Source of the DNA: Bdellovibrionota bacterium
GTDB lineage: Bacteria > Bdellovibrionota_C > UBA2361 > OMII01
Direction of reading: 5' to 3'
DNA: 62,341 nucleotides
NCBI GenBank assembly: GCA_044345405.1
Contig: JBIJBE010000021.1
Span: 1-62,341 of the forward strand
Below are positions 10,202-19,457 of this stretch, in pieces. Numbering within the stretch: position 1 is the stretch's first letter; every line of letters begins with the position of its first letter. The translations under genes and the position numbers were made by a program. The notes beneath the pieces were generated by a model, which worked only from the letters and a program-made list of their open reading frames with translations, did not search any database and was not told the DNA's origin.

Positions 10202-10294
10202 TGGTACAGGGCAACTCCCGAGGCATGAGATTACATGAGTACCGGGCGGCAAAACGATTGAGATTTCAGCATAGTGAATAGTTGCCCTGTACCA
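10202..10294. mobile_element. 93-bp mini-element with perfect 15-bp inverted ends TGGTACAGGGCAACT
   Basis: TGGTACAGGGCAACT at 10202 and AGTTGCCCTGTACCA ending at 10294. Confidence 0.75.
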
Positions 10295-10443
10295 GCGACA
10301 GCGATTAGATGAGTATCAAGTGATGACTTGATCATCGTTAAAGAAGGTGCCAGTTACCGCACGCCCGAAAAACAATCCTGCGGCGATAGCAAAGAACACT
10401 AACGCTAGGACGAGTAGTTTTTTCGACGATTTGTATTTGGCCC

Positions 10444-10645
10444 CCAATCCTCTGGTACATCCTACTTTTCTTTCCCCATACCCGGGCTACTTTCTCACGA
10501 CCTCTCCCGAAACTTCCCCTACCCGTCCCCTACCTTTCAAAATTAGGCGAAGCTGTTGTGATATCGCGGGGTAGCTGAAACTATTTCTGATATGCCCTGC
10601 GGCGCTTGGGCGGCTTAGATAAGTTAGGGTGTACCAGAGGATTGG
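10444..10645. mobile_element. ~200-bp MITE/REPIN-like element, full copy
   Basis: CCAATCCTCTGGTACATCC...GGGTGTACCAGAGGATTGG; few differences from 8667-8866. Confidence 0.85.
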
Positions 10646-10653
10646 ACCAGTGG

Positions 10654-11025
10654 GCTCTTGGCGGAGAGCGATACCGAATCGCGATCGGCTCCCTCATGAT
10701 AACGTGTGTGGCGAGCGACCTGGCTCCGCCTCAATCAAAAAAGGGACGCTCTTATTCACCATCGCAACCTCTCCGGTCGTCCCCTTCCCCTCGCCCCCCG
10801 CAGTCCCTCGACCTTCACGGCCTCACTGTCGATGAGGCGATCCGAAAGTTGGACTCTTGGCTCGATGCCGTCATCCTGTCAGACCTCTACCACGTGAAGG
10901 TCGTCCACGGCCTGGGAACGGGGAGGGTTCAGCGAGCGGTGCACGAACGACTACAGAACTTCAAAGCGGTTAGGAGGTTCGCGATCAATCAGCACAACGC
11001 AGGAGAAACGGATGTGTATCTGTAG
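10654..11025 (+). pseudogene. Smr/MutS2 C-terminal domain protein, apparently 5'-truncated by the MITE (could initiate at ATG 10696)
   Basis: LDLHGLTVDEA..VVHGLGTG..NAGETDV Smr motifs, preceded by half of a KOW-like segment (GGERYRIAIGSLMITC). Confidence 0.75.
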
Positions 11026-11194
11026 GGAGAAGAACCACAACCCAACCTCTTACCGCGTAACAGGCCGGACACAGGCGGCCTATTGGGGATCCTTCGTAGT
11101 CCAACAAATCGCTTAAGAGCGACCTGTTTCATAAAGTCCTAACCGGAAGTCGTCGACTGAGGCCGTGGACCAAATAACCTTCAGGAGGGAAGTC

Positions 11195-11701
11195 ATGAAG
11201 CGCAAACTAAAATCGACAACAATCGCACTAGGTCTCACTCTACTTGGACAAGCGACAACAAGCACCGCGGAACCAACTGGATATACATCTTTCAAGGACG
11301 ACCTCCTCACTGGACGTGCAGTTCAGACCTCCCTCACCGGAACCAGCCAATTTCTTCTGCCTCGGGGGAAGTTTTTTGTGACCCAGATCTTTTGCAACTT
11401 CACCGCTTCGACATTTATTGTGGGCCAAGGAGTCCGTTCCATTCCATTGTCGATTGAGTCTACCGATCCAAAAATCACTCTCAACAATTTCAAGGTCGAA
11501 ATACCATTTGACCTTACGGAGCAAACACAACACACCTCCGCCGGCTACGGCCTCGGAACTTTCTTCTACACTCCTGAGACACCCCTGTTTATCAACAACC
11601 TTTCCGGCAAGATGCGCCTTAAAGCGCAAGTAGAGGAAGCCTCCGATACTGCCATGGAGCCGCCGGCCTGCAACGTAGTAGTGATAGCCTACCGATCATA
11701 G
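11195..11701 (+). CDS. Secreted hypothetical protein
   Basis: AGGAGG RBS; signal peptide MKRKLKSTTIALGLTLLGQATTSTA. Confidence 0.75.
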   Translation: MKRKLKSTTIALGLTLLGQATTSTAEPTGYTSFKDDLLTGRAVQTSLTGTSQFLLPRGKFFVTQIFCNFTASTFIVGQGVRSIPLSIESTDPKITLNNFKVEIPFDLTEQTQHTSAGYGLGTFFYTPETPLFINNLSGKMRLKAQVEEASDTAMEPPACNVVVIAYRS

Positions 11702-11731
11702 GCTCCCAGCACCTTCGCGAGGTGGGTCAGC

Positions 11732-11855
11732 CCAATCCTCTGGTACACCCTACTTTATCGAGGACGCCCGAGCGCCGCAGCGCATATCATAAATAGTTTC
11801 AGCTATCCCGCCATATCAACAACTTCGCCTACTTTTGAAAGTTGGGGTGTACCAG
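11732..11855. mobile_element. Short (~125 bp) reverse-orientation variant of the 200-bp element
   Basis: Interior matches the reverse complement of the right half of 8667-8866; ends CCAATCCTCTGGTACACCC and GTTGGGGTGTACCAG. Confidence 0.8.
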
Positions 11856-11881
11856 GAGCCAGGCTCCTATCCTTTACCTGA

Positions 11882-12387
11882 GGAATCTACTTGTGTCGAA
11901 GATACACGAGCCCCATCAAGCTTACAGCCCAGTTTTTTGACACAGCAAAATACTCACAAGTCGTACCAGTATAACCAATACATCCGACTAAAGAAGCATA
12001 GCGGGAATCGCTGTGTTAGGAGCCACTCTGAGGACCGTGAAATAATCGCGTCGAGTACTCGCTCGCACGAGAGACGACAAGCTCCGGGGCCATCGGTGAA
12101 TTTCAAGGACGAGACGAATATAAACGGGGACTTGAGAAACGAAAGCCAGAAGACTTTCACCTAGACTCTCACGAGCTTCCGCCTTGGCGAACGCTTCGGC
12201 GGACAGGGCGGTGGACAGGTAAGCGGCTTGCCCGCCATAGCTCGCTAGAGCGTAGGCGGGAACGCCTCAAACCTCAGACTGAAAACTGAAATCATAAGCC
12301 TCGTATGAAAGTGATAAGTCGCTACATGCGCAGAAGTAGTACGAGGTCCCGAATATCGGTAGCGCTTTACTCACAAGTAAGTGTTCC
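11882..12387 (+). repeat. ~505-bp repeat element, copy A
   Basis: Highly similar to the reverse complement of 15597-16099; imperfect self-complementary ends GGAATCTACTTGTG / CACAAGTAAGTGTTCC. Confidence 0.9.
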
Positions 12388-12570
12388 TTGTTGTAGCCGC
12401 GGCTCGTGGTTGGGCGACCTCGACCCCATCTTCCTCCTACTCTGAATCGTTAGCAGAGTAGTTGCCTCTTCAACCTTACCTACAATCACGGTCAGCGACG
12501 ATAGTGGGATTGGGGGATCTCAATTCCATCTTTGTTTATGGCTGGTCTGGTGAGGAGCAACGAAACATCG

Positions 12571-13740
12571 ATGGGTATTTCCTATACCAACAATCCTAAT
12601 GAGGAGGGCGTTACGTCTCACGGTCCTTCTGGGTCTTCTCTATCCGCGGGTCTTTATGGGCCCTCCGTGGAGAGGCTCAAGATAATCCTGGAGACCGAGC
12701 GCGACGGATGTGTGCGGTCCCTCTGTGATGCTTCGCCGGACCTCAATTCCCTCGTTCATCAGTACGTCTCACGATTGTTTACCGCGATTGAGCGCCGTAT
12801 TGATGAGCAGCATGTGAGCGATGATGAGAACTTCGAGGGGGCGGTAAAGGCTGCGATCGCGAGGGAAGGAACACAGCTGTACTATACTGCCGGGCGGGAT
12901 GTGCTCGGTCCCCTCGTGGTTAGGTTTGTGGAGAACGTTCTTGCACACGCACCCAGGGGAGCCACCGTCGCGTTCCTCGCGCGGGATGCGGAGCCGTACT
13001 ACCGAGCCGCCAAGATAATTGGCCAGATGCCGGAGTTTTTGGATAAGGATCTCCAGCTTCGCTACGTCACGCTGAATCGACGGCATTTTAAGATATTCGA
13101 TGAGAACTTTAATCGGGCACAGCCGACCGATGTAGATACGGAACAGGAGGAACTAAAGGAGGTCTATCTACGGCAGGAGCGTTTCGACAACCCTAACGGC
13201 GTGGTGATTGTCGACACTGGGTGTTGGGGAACGATGGTCGAGAAACTGTTTGCTGCGATGGCTGTCAAGGGACGGGAGTCGCTTAATCTTCAGCAGGTGC
13301 ATTTCATGTATAGTCACAATCCGGGTGTTTACGGTTTCGTGAACGATGTGGCGATTAAAGGGGGTGCTCCTGATCTGGCTAAGGAAGGGGTTTTCGTGGC
13401 GGATACCTTCGAGTGTCTTCCGAAGCGGAATGAGAGCTCTACGCGCTTTCGTTGTGGAGAAAAAGGCACGGTAGAGCCGGTGCTCGTGCCGATTGACTCA
13501 CCGTACCTTCCGGTGTGGCAGTGAGGTGTGCTGACGGGTATCGACGCGTCGGCGAGGACATTTGTTGAAAAGCGAGCGACATTCCCAACCGCACTCGAGG
13601 CTGTCCATAGTATGGAGCGAAAGCGGATTGAGGCTCGATCTGAATTCACTGGAGTTTTGCATGAGGCTACGCCAAAGTGGTCACAGGGAGATGCCTACCT
13701 TGCGCGGTGGTCTATACCGCCGATATCTCCGCAACGATAA
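12571..13740 (+). pseudogene. Phosphoribosyltransferase-like protein (FLARD / VDTGxxGT motifs) with an in-frame TGA at 13522-13524
   Basis: VAFLARDA, YVTLNRR and VIVDTGCWGT motifs; the ORF resumes in the same frame and runs to 13740, just before the next gene. Confidence 0.6.
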
Positions 13741-13763
13741 ACGCCTGACACGTGACGATCGAT

Positions 13764-14552
13764 ATGAGTACAAGTTCACCCTTTAATCTTACCGGAGTTG
13801 TTCACCTCCCGCCCATGCCTGGTTACGAGAGCTCCCCTGGGATAGAGCGCGTTATTGAATTCGCAATCCAGGAAACGCGCACGTTAGAGCGGGCCGGATT
13901 CACGGGGATCCTGCTTGAGAATGAGGGAGATCGTCCGCACGCCCTTCACGTTTCCGATGAGTATATCGAGAATACGGCCCAATTGATTAAGGCCGTCAAA
14001 GCAGCCACTGCGCTCCCGGTTGGCTTCGAGATCCTCTATGACATGGTGGGGACTATTCGAGCGGGGATCGATGGCAGGGCTGATTTTGTTCGGCTGGATG
14101 TCTTCACGGATGACACCGAGGTGCGGTGGGGCATCGTGCGGGAGTGTACCAACGAGGTTGCAGATCTCCGTCGACGCTCTCCTGAGTTCTTCCCGCAGAT
14201 CTGGGCTGATATTCATGTCAAACACGGTAGGAATCTGTCGGGCCGCTCCCTGGCTGAATCCACCCGTTTAGCAATCGACCACGGCGCACGTGCTCTCATC
14301 GTAACCGGCACCGTCACTGGTGAGCCCCCGACAATTGCTGACTGTCAGGAGATGCGTAGGTACGCCAATGGGGTGCCCCTCTTGGTTGGAAGTGGCTTTT
14401 CAGCTGAAAACGCCTCGAGATTAGGTGTCGTATGCGATGGAACGGTCGTCGCGAGTTCTGTGCAGGTGGATGGGCGGTTCGACCTAGAGAGGTGTCAGAG
14501 GCTAGTCGAGGCAGTTATTCGACGACAGGAGGGGGCTGTATGTTCTCATTAG
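13764..14552 (+). CDS. BtpA/SgcQ family TIM-barrel protein
   Basis: GVVHLPPMPG, GILLENEGD, ADIHVKH, LIVTG..TG and LVGSG motifs. Confidence 0.9.
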   Translation: MSTSSPFNLTGVVHLPPMPGYESSPGIERVIEFAIQETRTLERAGFTGILLENEGDRPHALHVSDEYIENTAQLIKAVKAATALPVGFEILYDMVGTIRAGIDGRADFVRLDVFTDDTEVRWGIVRECTNEVADLRRRSPEFFPQIWADIHVKHGRNLSGRSLAESTRLAIDHGARALIVTGTVTGEPPTIADCQEMRRYANGVPLLVGSGFSAENASRLGVVCDGTVVASSVQVDGRFDLERCQRLVEAVIRRQEGAVCSH

Positions 14553-15361
14553 CCTGTATCGGGGACGTGGCCGTAGACAATTATGTCACTATCGCGCGGA
14601 GGTATGTGGGCGGGATCAGTTTCAACGTGGCGTGGAATGCCAGGGCGTACGGCGTTGATGCTCGTGTATGTTCCGCTGTTGGCACCGACCCGGATGGCGT
14701 GGCAGTGCTGGAAACGCTCGCTCAAAGAGGTGTTCCGTGCGATCAGATTAGGGTGCGGGATGGACGTACGGCAGAACAACGCATCCTCATCAAACCAGAT
14801 GGTGAGCGTGTCTTTGATGGGTATCGAACGGGTGTGCTTTCCTCCCTTTCGGTTCAGGATCTTGCAGAGTGGAATCTTTATCAGTTTGATGCTCTCCATA
14901 TTCCGCTCTCCGATGGCCTTGAGGCGCTCTTTGATTCTATCGCGCACGACGTGCGTGGAGTGATCAAGATAGCCGACCTCTCGGTTGATGGACCGAATCA
15001 GGGAGGTCTACACGCAGCTGTCCAACGGTACGCGGAGTGTTTTGATCTCATCTTTGTCGGGGGGCGAAGGGAGGATCTGCTGTATGTTCGTGAGATCTCC
15101 CGAATCCATCCGCAGACCCTTTTCGTACTCACACTTGGAAGTAAAGGGGTCGTCGCGTTTCACGGCGGTGAGCCGTATGAGCAAGGGGCGCTGCCGGTTG
15201 ATCAAGTTGTTGACACAACCGGATGCGGGGACGGATTTCAGGGGGCGTGTATCGCACGGTGGCTAGCACAGAGAGGTGACATTCGGGGAGCCCTTGAAGC
15301 TGGTGTCGCTCAGGGTGCAAAGGTGGCGTCGTTTTTGGGCGCTACTAAGTGTGAGATGTAA
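14540..15361 (+). CDS. PfkB family carbohydrate kinase (fructoselysine 6-kinase-like)
   Basis: CIGDVAVDNY, GGISFNVA, LTLGSKG and VVDTTGCGDGF motifs. Confidence 0.9.
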   Translation: MFSLACIGDVAVDNYVTIARRYVGGISFNVAWNARAYGVDARVCSAVGTDPDGVAVLETLAQRGVPCDQIRVRDGRTAEQRILIKPDGERVFDGYRTGVLSSLSVQDLAEWNLYQFDALHIPLSDGLEALFDSIAHDVRGVIKIADLSVDGPNQGGLHAAVQRYAECFDLIFVGGRREDLLYVREISRIHPQTLFVLTLGSKGVVAFHGGEPYEQGALPVDQVVDTTGCGDGFQGACIARWLAQRGDIRGALEAGVAQGAKVASFLGATKCEM

Positions 15362-15381
15362 TCAAGTTGGGAGCGCTTCAC

Positions 15382-15596
15382 ATGCGTAGCACCCTCGACA
15401 ATGTTCTTCCCGACGTGGCCTTTCGACGGCTTTCCGTAGCATCCGCATTCATCTTCGATGTGGACCGAACGCTTGCAGATCCCCATGAGCGGATGGAGGA
15501 AGGTATCTTGTCGGAGCTCGCGCGGCTTCGGGTCCCCGCTGGTGTTGCGACAGCACGAACGCTCTCGGAGCTTGAGGAATCATTGCCCTCTGGAAA
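15382..15596 (+). pseudogene. HAD-superfamily (Cof/IIB-like) hydrolase, 3'-truncated by the 505-bp repeat
   Basis: FIFDVDRTL motif I and VATART motif II, after which the frame runs into repeat copy B. Confidence 0.75.
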
Positions 15597-16099
15597 GGAA
15601 CACTTACTTGTGAGTAAAGCGCTACCCATATTCAGGACGTCATACTACTTCTGCGCATGTAGCGACTTATCACTTTCATACGAGGCTTATGAGTTCAGTT
15701 CTCAGTCTGAGGTTTGAGGCGTTCCCGCCTACGCTCTAGCGAGCTATGGCGGGCAAGCCGCTTACCTGTCCACCGCCCTGTCCGCCGAAGCGTTCGCGAA
15801 GGCGGAAGCTCGTGAGCGTGTAGGTGAAAGTCTTCTGGCTTTCGTTTCTCAAGTCTCCGTTGATATTCGTCTCTTCCTTGAATTTCACCGATGGCCCCGG
15901 ACCTTGTCGTCTCTCGTGCGAGCGAGCACTCGACGCTATTATTTCACGGGCCTCAGAGTGGATCGTAACACAGCGATTAACGCTACGCTTCTTTAGTCGG
16001 ATGTATTGGTTATACTGGTACGACTTGTGAGTATTTTGATGTCTCAAACTGGGCTGTAAGCTTGATGGGGCTCGTGTATCTTCGGCACAAGTAGATTCC
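15597..16099 (-). repeat. ~505-bp repeat element, copy B (inverted relative to copy A)
   Basis: Reverse complement of 11882-12387 with scattered substitutions and a small indel. Confidence 0.9.
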
Positions 16100-16133
16100 C
16101 CTCCTTGTCAGAGAGACCATGCGGGCCGACAAA

Positions 16134-17897
16134 CTACGCAACGGAGGTAGCGACCGCAGCGTCCTCACTCTCCCGAAACTGCAACGCATGGAGCCGCGAG
16201 TACTCTCCCCCCTTATCCAGAAGCTGCGCATGGGTGCCCTGCTCTACGATCCGGCCCTTGCTCATCACAACGATAAGGTCAGCATCCTGAACAGTTGAAA
16301 GTCGGTGCGCAATCACAACAGTGGTGCGCCCCTGCTCTAACGCCTGAATCGCCGATTGCACCTCCCGCTCCGCTCGATTGTCGAGTGAGGCGGTCGCCTC
16401 ATCGAGGATAAGGATCGGCGCGTTCTTCAAGATAGCGCGCGCGATCGCGAGACGTTGTCGCTCTCCACCAGAAAGGGTCATACCACCCTCTCCAACGAGG
16501 CTCTCAAAGCCGGAAGGTAGTTGCATGATAAAGTCGTAGGCAAAGGCAGCCTTAGCCGCGGCTTCAACCTCTGCGCGTGTGGCTAAGGGGTTACCGTAGG
16601 CGATATTGTTGTAGATCGTGTCGTTGAAGAGGAAGGTGTGCTGACCCACCATCGCCATCCGTCCACGGAGTCCGCTGAGCGAGAGCTCCCGAAGATCAAC
16701 TCCACCGAGCAAAACCCCACCCTTCGAAGGATCAATGAAGCGAGGAATGAGATCCACCATCGTACTCTTTCCGGCGCCAGAGAAGCCAACAAGCGCGACC
16801 TTCTTCCCCTCGGGAATGACGAGTGAGATCCCATCAAGGGCGAGGCTCAGCTCATCCCCACCGTTTCGAGCGGGATACTCATAGGCCACATTCTTTAATT
16901 CGATATCGTACCGAGTAGGGAGGGGCTTACATACCGCCGGCTCAGTGACAGAGGGTTTGGTATCCAAGATCTCAAAGATACGCTGAGCGCCCGCGATCCC
17001 TTGTTGAATCGTGGCGTTCACACGGGTGAGCTTCTTGAACGGTTCGTACATAAGGAACACGGAGACGAGGAAGGCCATAAATTCGCCCGATGAGCGAACA
17101 CCCGAGATAACGGTGTAGCCTCCGTACATCAACACGCCAGAGATGGCGAAGCTCGCAAGCACCTCGTTGATCGGCCCAGCGGCGGCACGCATCCGCTCCG
17201 ATTTAATGAAGGTCCGAGTGAGCTCGTGGTTCCCCTTCTCAAAGCGTGCCTGCTCATAATCCTCACGACAGAAGATCTTCACGACCCGATGACCCTGCAT
17301 ACTCTCTTGAAAGAGCGCAGAGAGCTGACCGATAGCGTCCTGACCCCGCTTCGAGAGTCGACGGATCTTTTTGCCGATCTTCGCGATCGGAACGCCCGCC
17401 ATCGGGAAGAAGATGATCGCGATAGCTGAGAGCGTTGGATCAAGGTAGAAGCACGACCCCATCAGCGCGATGAGACGGATGAGATCACGAATGATCGTTG
17501 CCGACGAGTCGGTGAGAAGGGTTCGAATAAGGAGCACATCACTCGTCACACGTGAGAGAAGCTCTCCGGTGGAGTGGCGCACGAAGAAATCGGGAGAGAG
17601 GGAGAGTACGTGTCGGTTGACATCGTTTCGAATATCCTCGGTTACCTGATGTCCTACCCGAGCCATCAGGAACTGCTGCCCGAAATCGCTCGCAGCGCGA
17701 ATGATCGCGAAGCCCATGAGAACGCCGGGAAGAATCCAAAGAAGCTTCTCATCCCGATTGGTGAATACCCCATCAAGGATGTACTTCACAAGGAACGGAA
17801 CGACGCCGTCCGTACCACCAAAGATAACCATGCAGATAAGGGCGCTGAAGAATCCAGCTTTGTGGGCTTTGAGATACTGTAAAACACGTCTGTACAT
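16134..17897 (-). CDS. msbA: Lipid A export ABC transporter MsbA
   Basis: TMD+NBD; GFSGAGKS, LSGGERQR, DEATASLD; adjacent to lpxB. Confidence 0.9.
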   Translation of the reverse strand: MYRRVLQYLKAHKAGFFSALICMVIFGGTDGVVPFLVKYILDGVFTNRDEKLLWILPGVLMGFAIIRAASDFGQQFLMARVGHQVTEDIRNDVNRHVLSLSPDFFVRHSTGELLSRVTSDVLLIRTLLTDSSATIIRDLIRLIALMGSCFYLDPTLSAIAIIFFPMAGVPIAKIGKKIRRLSKRGQDAIGQLSALFQESMQGHRVVKIFCREDYEQARFEKGNHELTRTFIKSERMRAAAGPINEVLASFAISGVLMYGGYTVISGVRSSGEFMAFLVSVFLMYEPFKKLTRVNATIQQGIAGAQRIFEILDTKPSVTEPAVCKPLPTRYDIELKNVAYEYPARNGGDELSLALDGISLVIPEGKKVALVGFSGAGKSTMVDLIPRFIDPSKGGVLLGGVDLRELSLSGLRGRMAMVGQHTFLFNDTIYNNIAYGNPLATRAEVEAAAKAAFAYDFIMQLPSGFESLVGEGGMTLSGGERQRLAIARAILKNAPILILDEATASLDNRAEREVQSAIQALEQGRTTVVIAHRLSTVQDADLIVVMSKGRIVEQGTHAQLLDKGGEYSRLHALQFRESEDAAVATSVA

Positions 17898-19093
17898 TAC
17901 CCGTTCTCCGCTCCTCGCTCTTCGCTCACCTGAGCGCTCCTGTCACCCCGCGCCACCGACTCAATGACGTAAGCCAATCGCTCAGCAGCCGTTCCCGCGT
18001 GGGTCATTCCTGGCGGAACATCGAAACTCATTAACATCGTACGAACCTCTCCGAGAGCCGCAACCATCGCCTCTCGACGGGGACCATCATCAAGGATCTC
18101 GATGACAGCGTGCTCAAGGGCATCCTCATCGATTCGAACGCCGAATACCTCGCGAGCCGTTCCGGAGCGCATAATGTTCACCGGAGAGTACTCTTTGAGT
18201 CGCACGAGAAAGAAGGTTATCACCTTGCTCACCCACGAGCCACTGTACACCGACACGAACGGAATACCCGCCACAGCGCCTTCGAGGTTACAGGTGCCGG
18301 ACTTTAGGATACCCGCGCGCGCCTTTCGCATCTCCTGCACGGCATCATCGTGCGTCCATGAGAGGTGTTCGATAGTATCCTCTGATACGACGCTCCGCGC
18401 TAACGCCGCAAGCTTCTCCGGATCCATATTAGGAGCCGCAACGACCCGCCCCTTCAGCGCTGGTCGTTCACGACGGAGTCGCTCGAATACTCGAAGCATC
18501 GGGGGCAAAATGAGTTCAACCTCAAACTTCCGGCTTCCCGGTAACATGAGCAGCGTGTTGTAGCGCTCTGGCCACTCGTTCGTAACCTTGTCACCGAGGG
18601 GATTCCCTACGTAGGTAACGTGAGAATAGCCGCGGTCCGCGTAGAACTTTTTCTCAAAGGGAAAGATAGCGGCGACCTGCGTGACGAACTCTTTAATGAG
18701 TTCGACCCGTCCGGGGCGCCATGCCCACGCCTTTGGCGGAATAAAGTAGACCACTCGAACACCAGCTCGGTACGCGACCTTAGCGAGCCGCATATTGAAG
18801 TCAGGGTAATCGGTGAGAACGAGCACATCGGGCTTCCACTCTCGGATAAGCTTCGACATCGTCTTAAAGGAGGCGAAGATCTTGGTGATCGACTTGAGGA
18901 TCTCAGCGAAGCCCATGGTCGCCCCACTTCGGTAGCAATCAACCAGGAGCTCGGCTCCGGCCTGCTCACACTCGCGACCCGCCATCCCCCGAATCTCACA
19001 CTCGGGATATCGAGCCTTGAGGGCAGCGACCGCCTTTGAGAGGTGTCGATCCCCTGAAACCTCTCCAGCGCTGATAACGATTCGTAATGACAT
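17897..19093 (-). CDS. lpxB: Lipid-A-disaccharide synthase
   Basis: AGEVSGD, DYPDFN, WAWRPGR, FPFE, LPGSR and SGT motifs. Confidence 0.95.
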   Translation of the reverse strand: MSLRIVISAGEVSGDRHLSKAVAALKARYPECEIRGMAGRECEQAGAELLVDCYRSGATMGFAEILKSITKIFASFKTMSKLIREWKPDVLVLTDYPDFNMRLAKVAYRAGVRVVYFIPPKAWAWRPGRVELIKEFVTQVAAIFPFEKKFYADRGYSHVTYVGNPLGDKVTNEWPERYNTLLMLPGSRKFEVELILPPMLRVFERLRRERPALKGRVVAAPNMDPEKLAALARSVVSEDTIEHLSWTHDDAVQEMRKARAGILKSGTCNLEGAVAGIPFVSVYSGSWVSKVITFFLVRLKEYSPVNIMRSGTAREVFGVRIDEDALEHAVIEILDDGPRREAMVAALGEVRTMLMSFDVPPGMTHAGTAAERLAYVIESVARGDRSAQVSEERGAENG

Positions 19094-19256
19094 CCTATGG
19101 TTACTCCCTCGTGGCAGATGGGTTGTACCTTATATATGCCGAGACGTATAGGTAGAGGGGGTAGATATCTGGAATTACACTGTTTAACACCCGGTTGTTC
19201 GGGCTTTTTCTCAAACTGCCTCGATACCGCTCCGTCGTTGTCAGGCCCCACGTTAC

Positions 19257-19371
19257 CGTGAACGTGCTCGTTAACGTAAACGTACCCGATATTGCCCTAC
19301 TAAATTAGCTTCAGACATAAGCGAAGCATCGTTCGGGCACGTTCACGTTCACGTTTACGAGCACGTTCACG
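19257..19371. repeat. Inverted repeat built from 6-bp ACGT-core units
   Basis: CGTGAACGTGCTCGTTAACGTAAACGTACCCGA ... TCGGGCACGTTCACGTTCACGTTTACGAGCACGTTCACG. Confidence 0.8.
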
Positions 19372-19457
19372 TGCCCGCGACTCGAACGGAGACCACCACT
19401 TTAACCCTTGGCTCCTCCCCCCAAAGCCGCCACTATGTCTTGAACGTAGGCCCCACG

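Noticed and set aside
11954-12160. 68-aa ORF present in both 505-bp copies (also 15824-16030)
   Set aside because: Many differences between the copies are non-synonymous and there is no recognisable motif; it is probably a by-product of the repeat.
11882-16099. 505-bp pair as a DGR template/variable repeat
   Set aside because: Differences are not adenine-specific, the copies are not in a gene's 3' end as a VR would be, and no reverse transcriptase is present.
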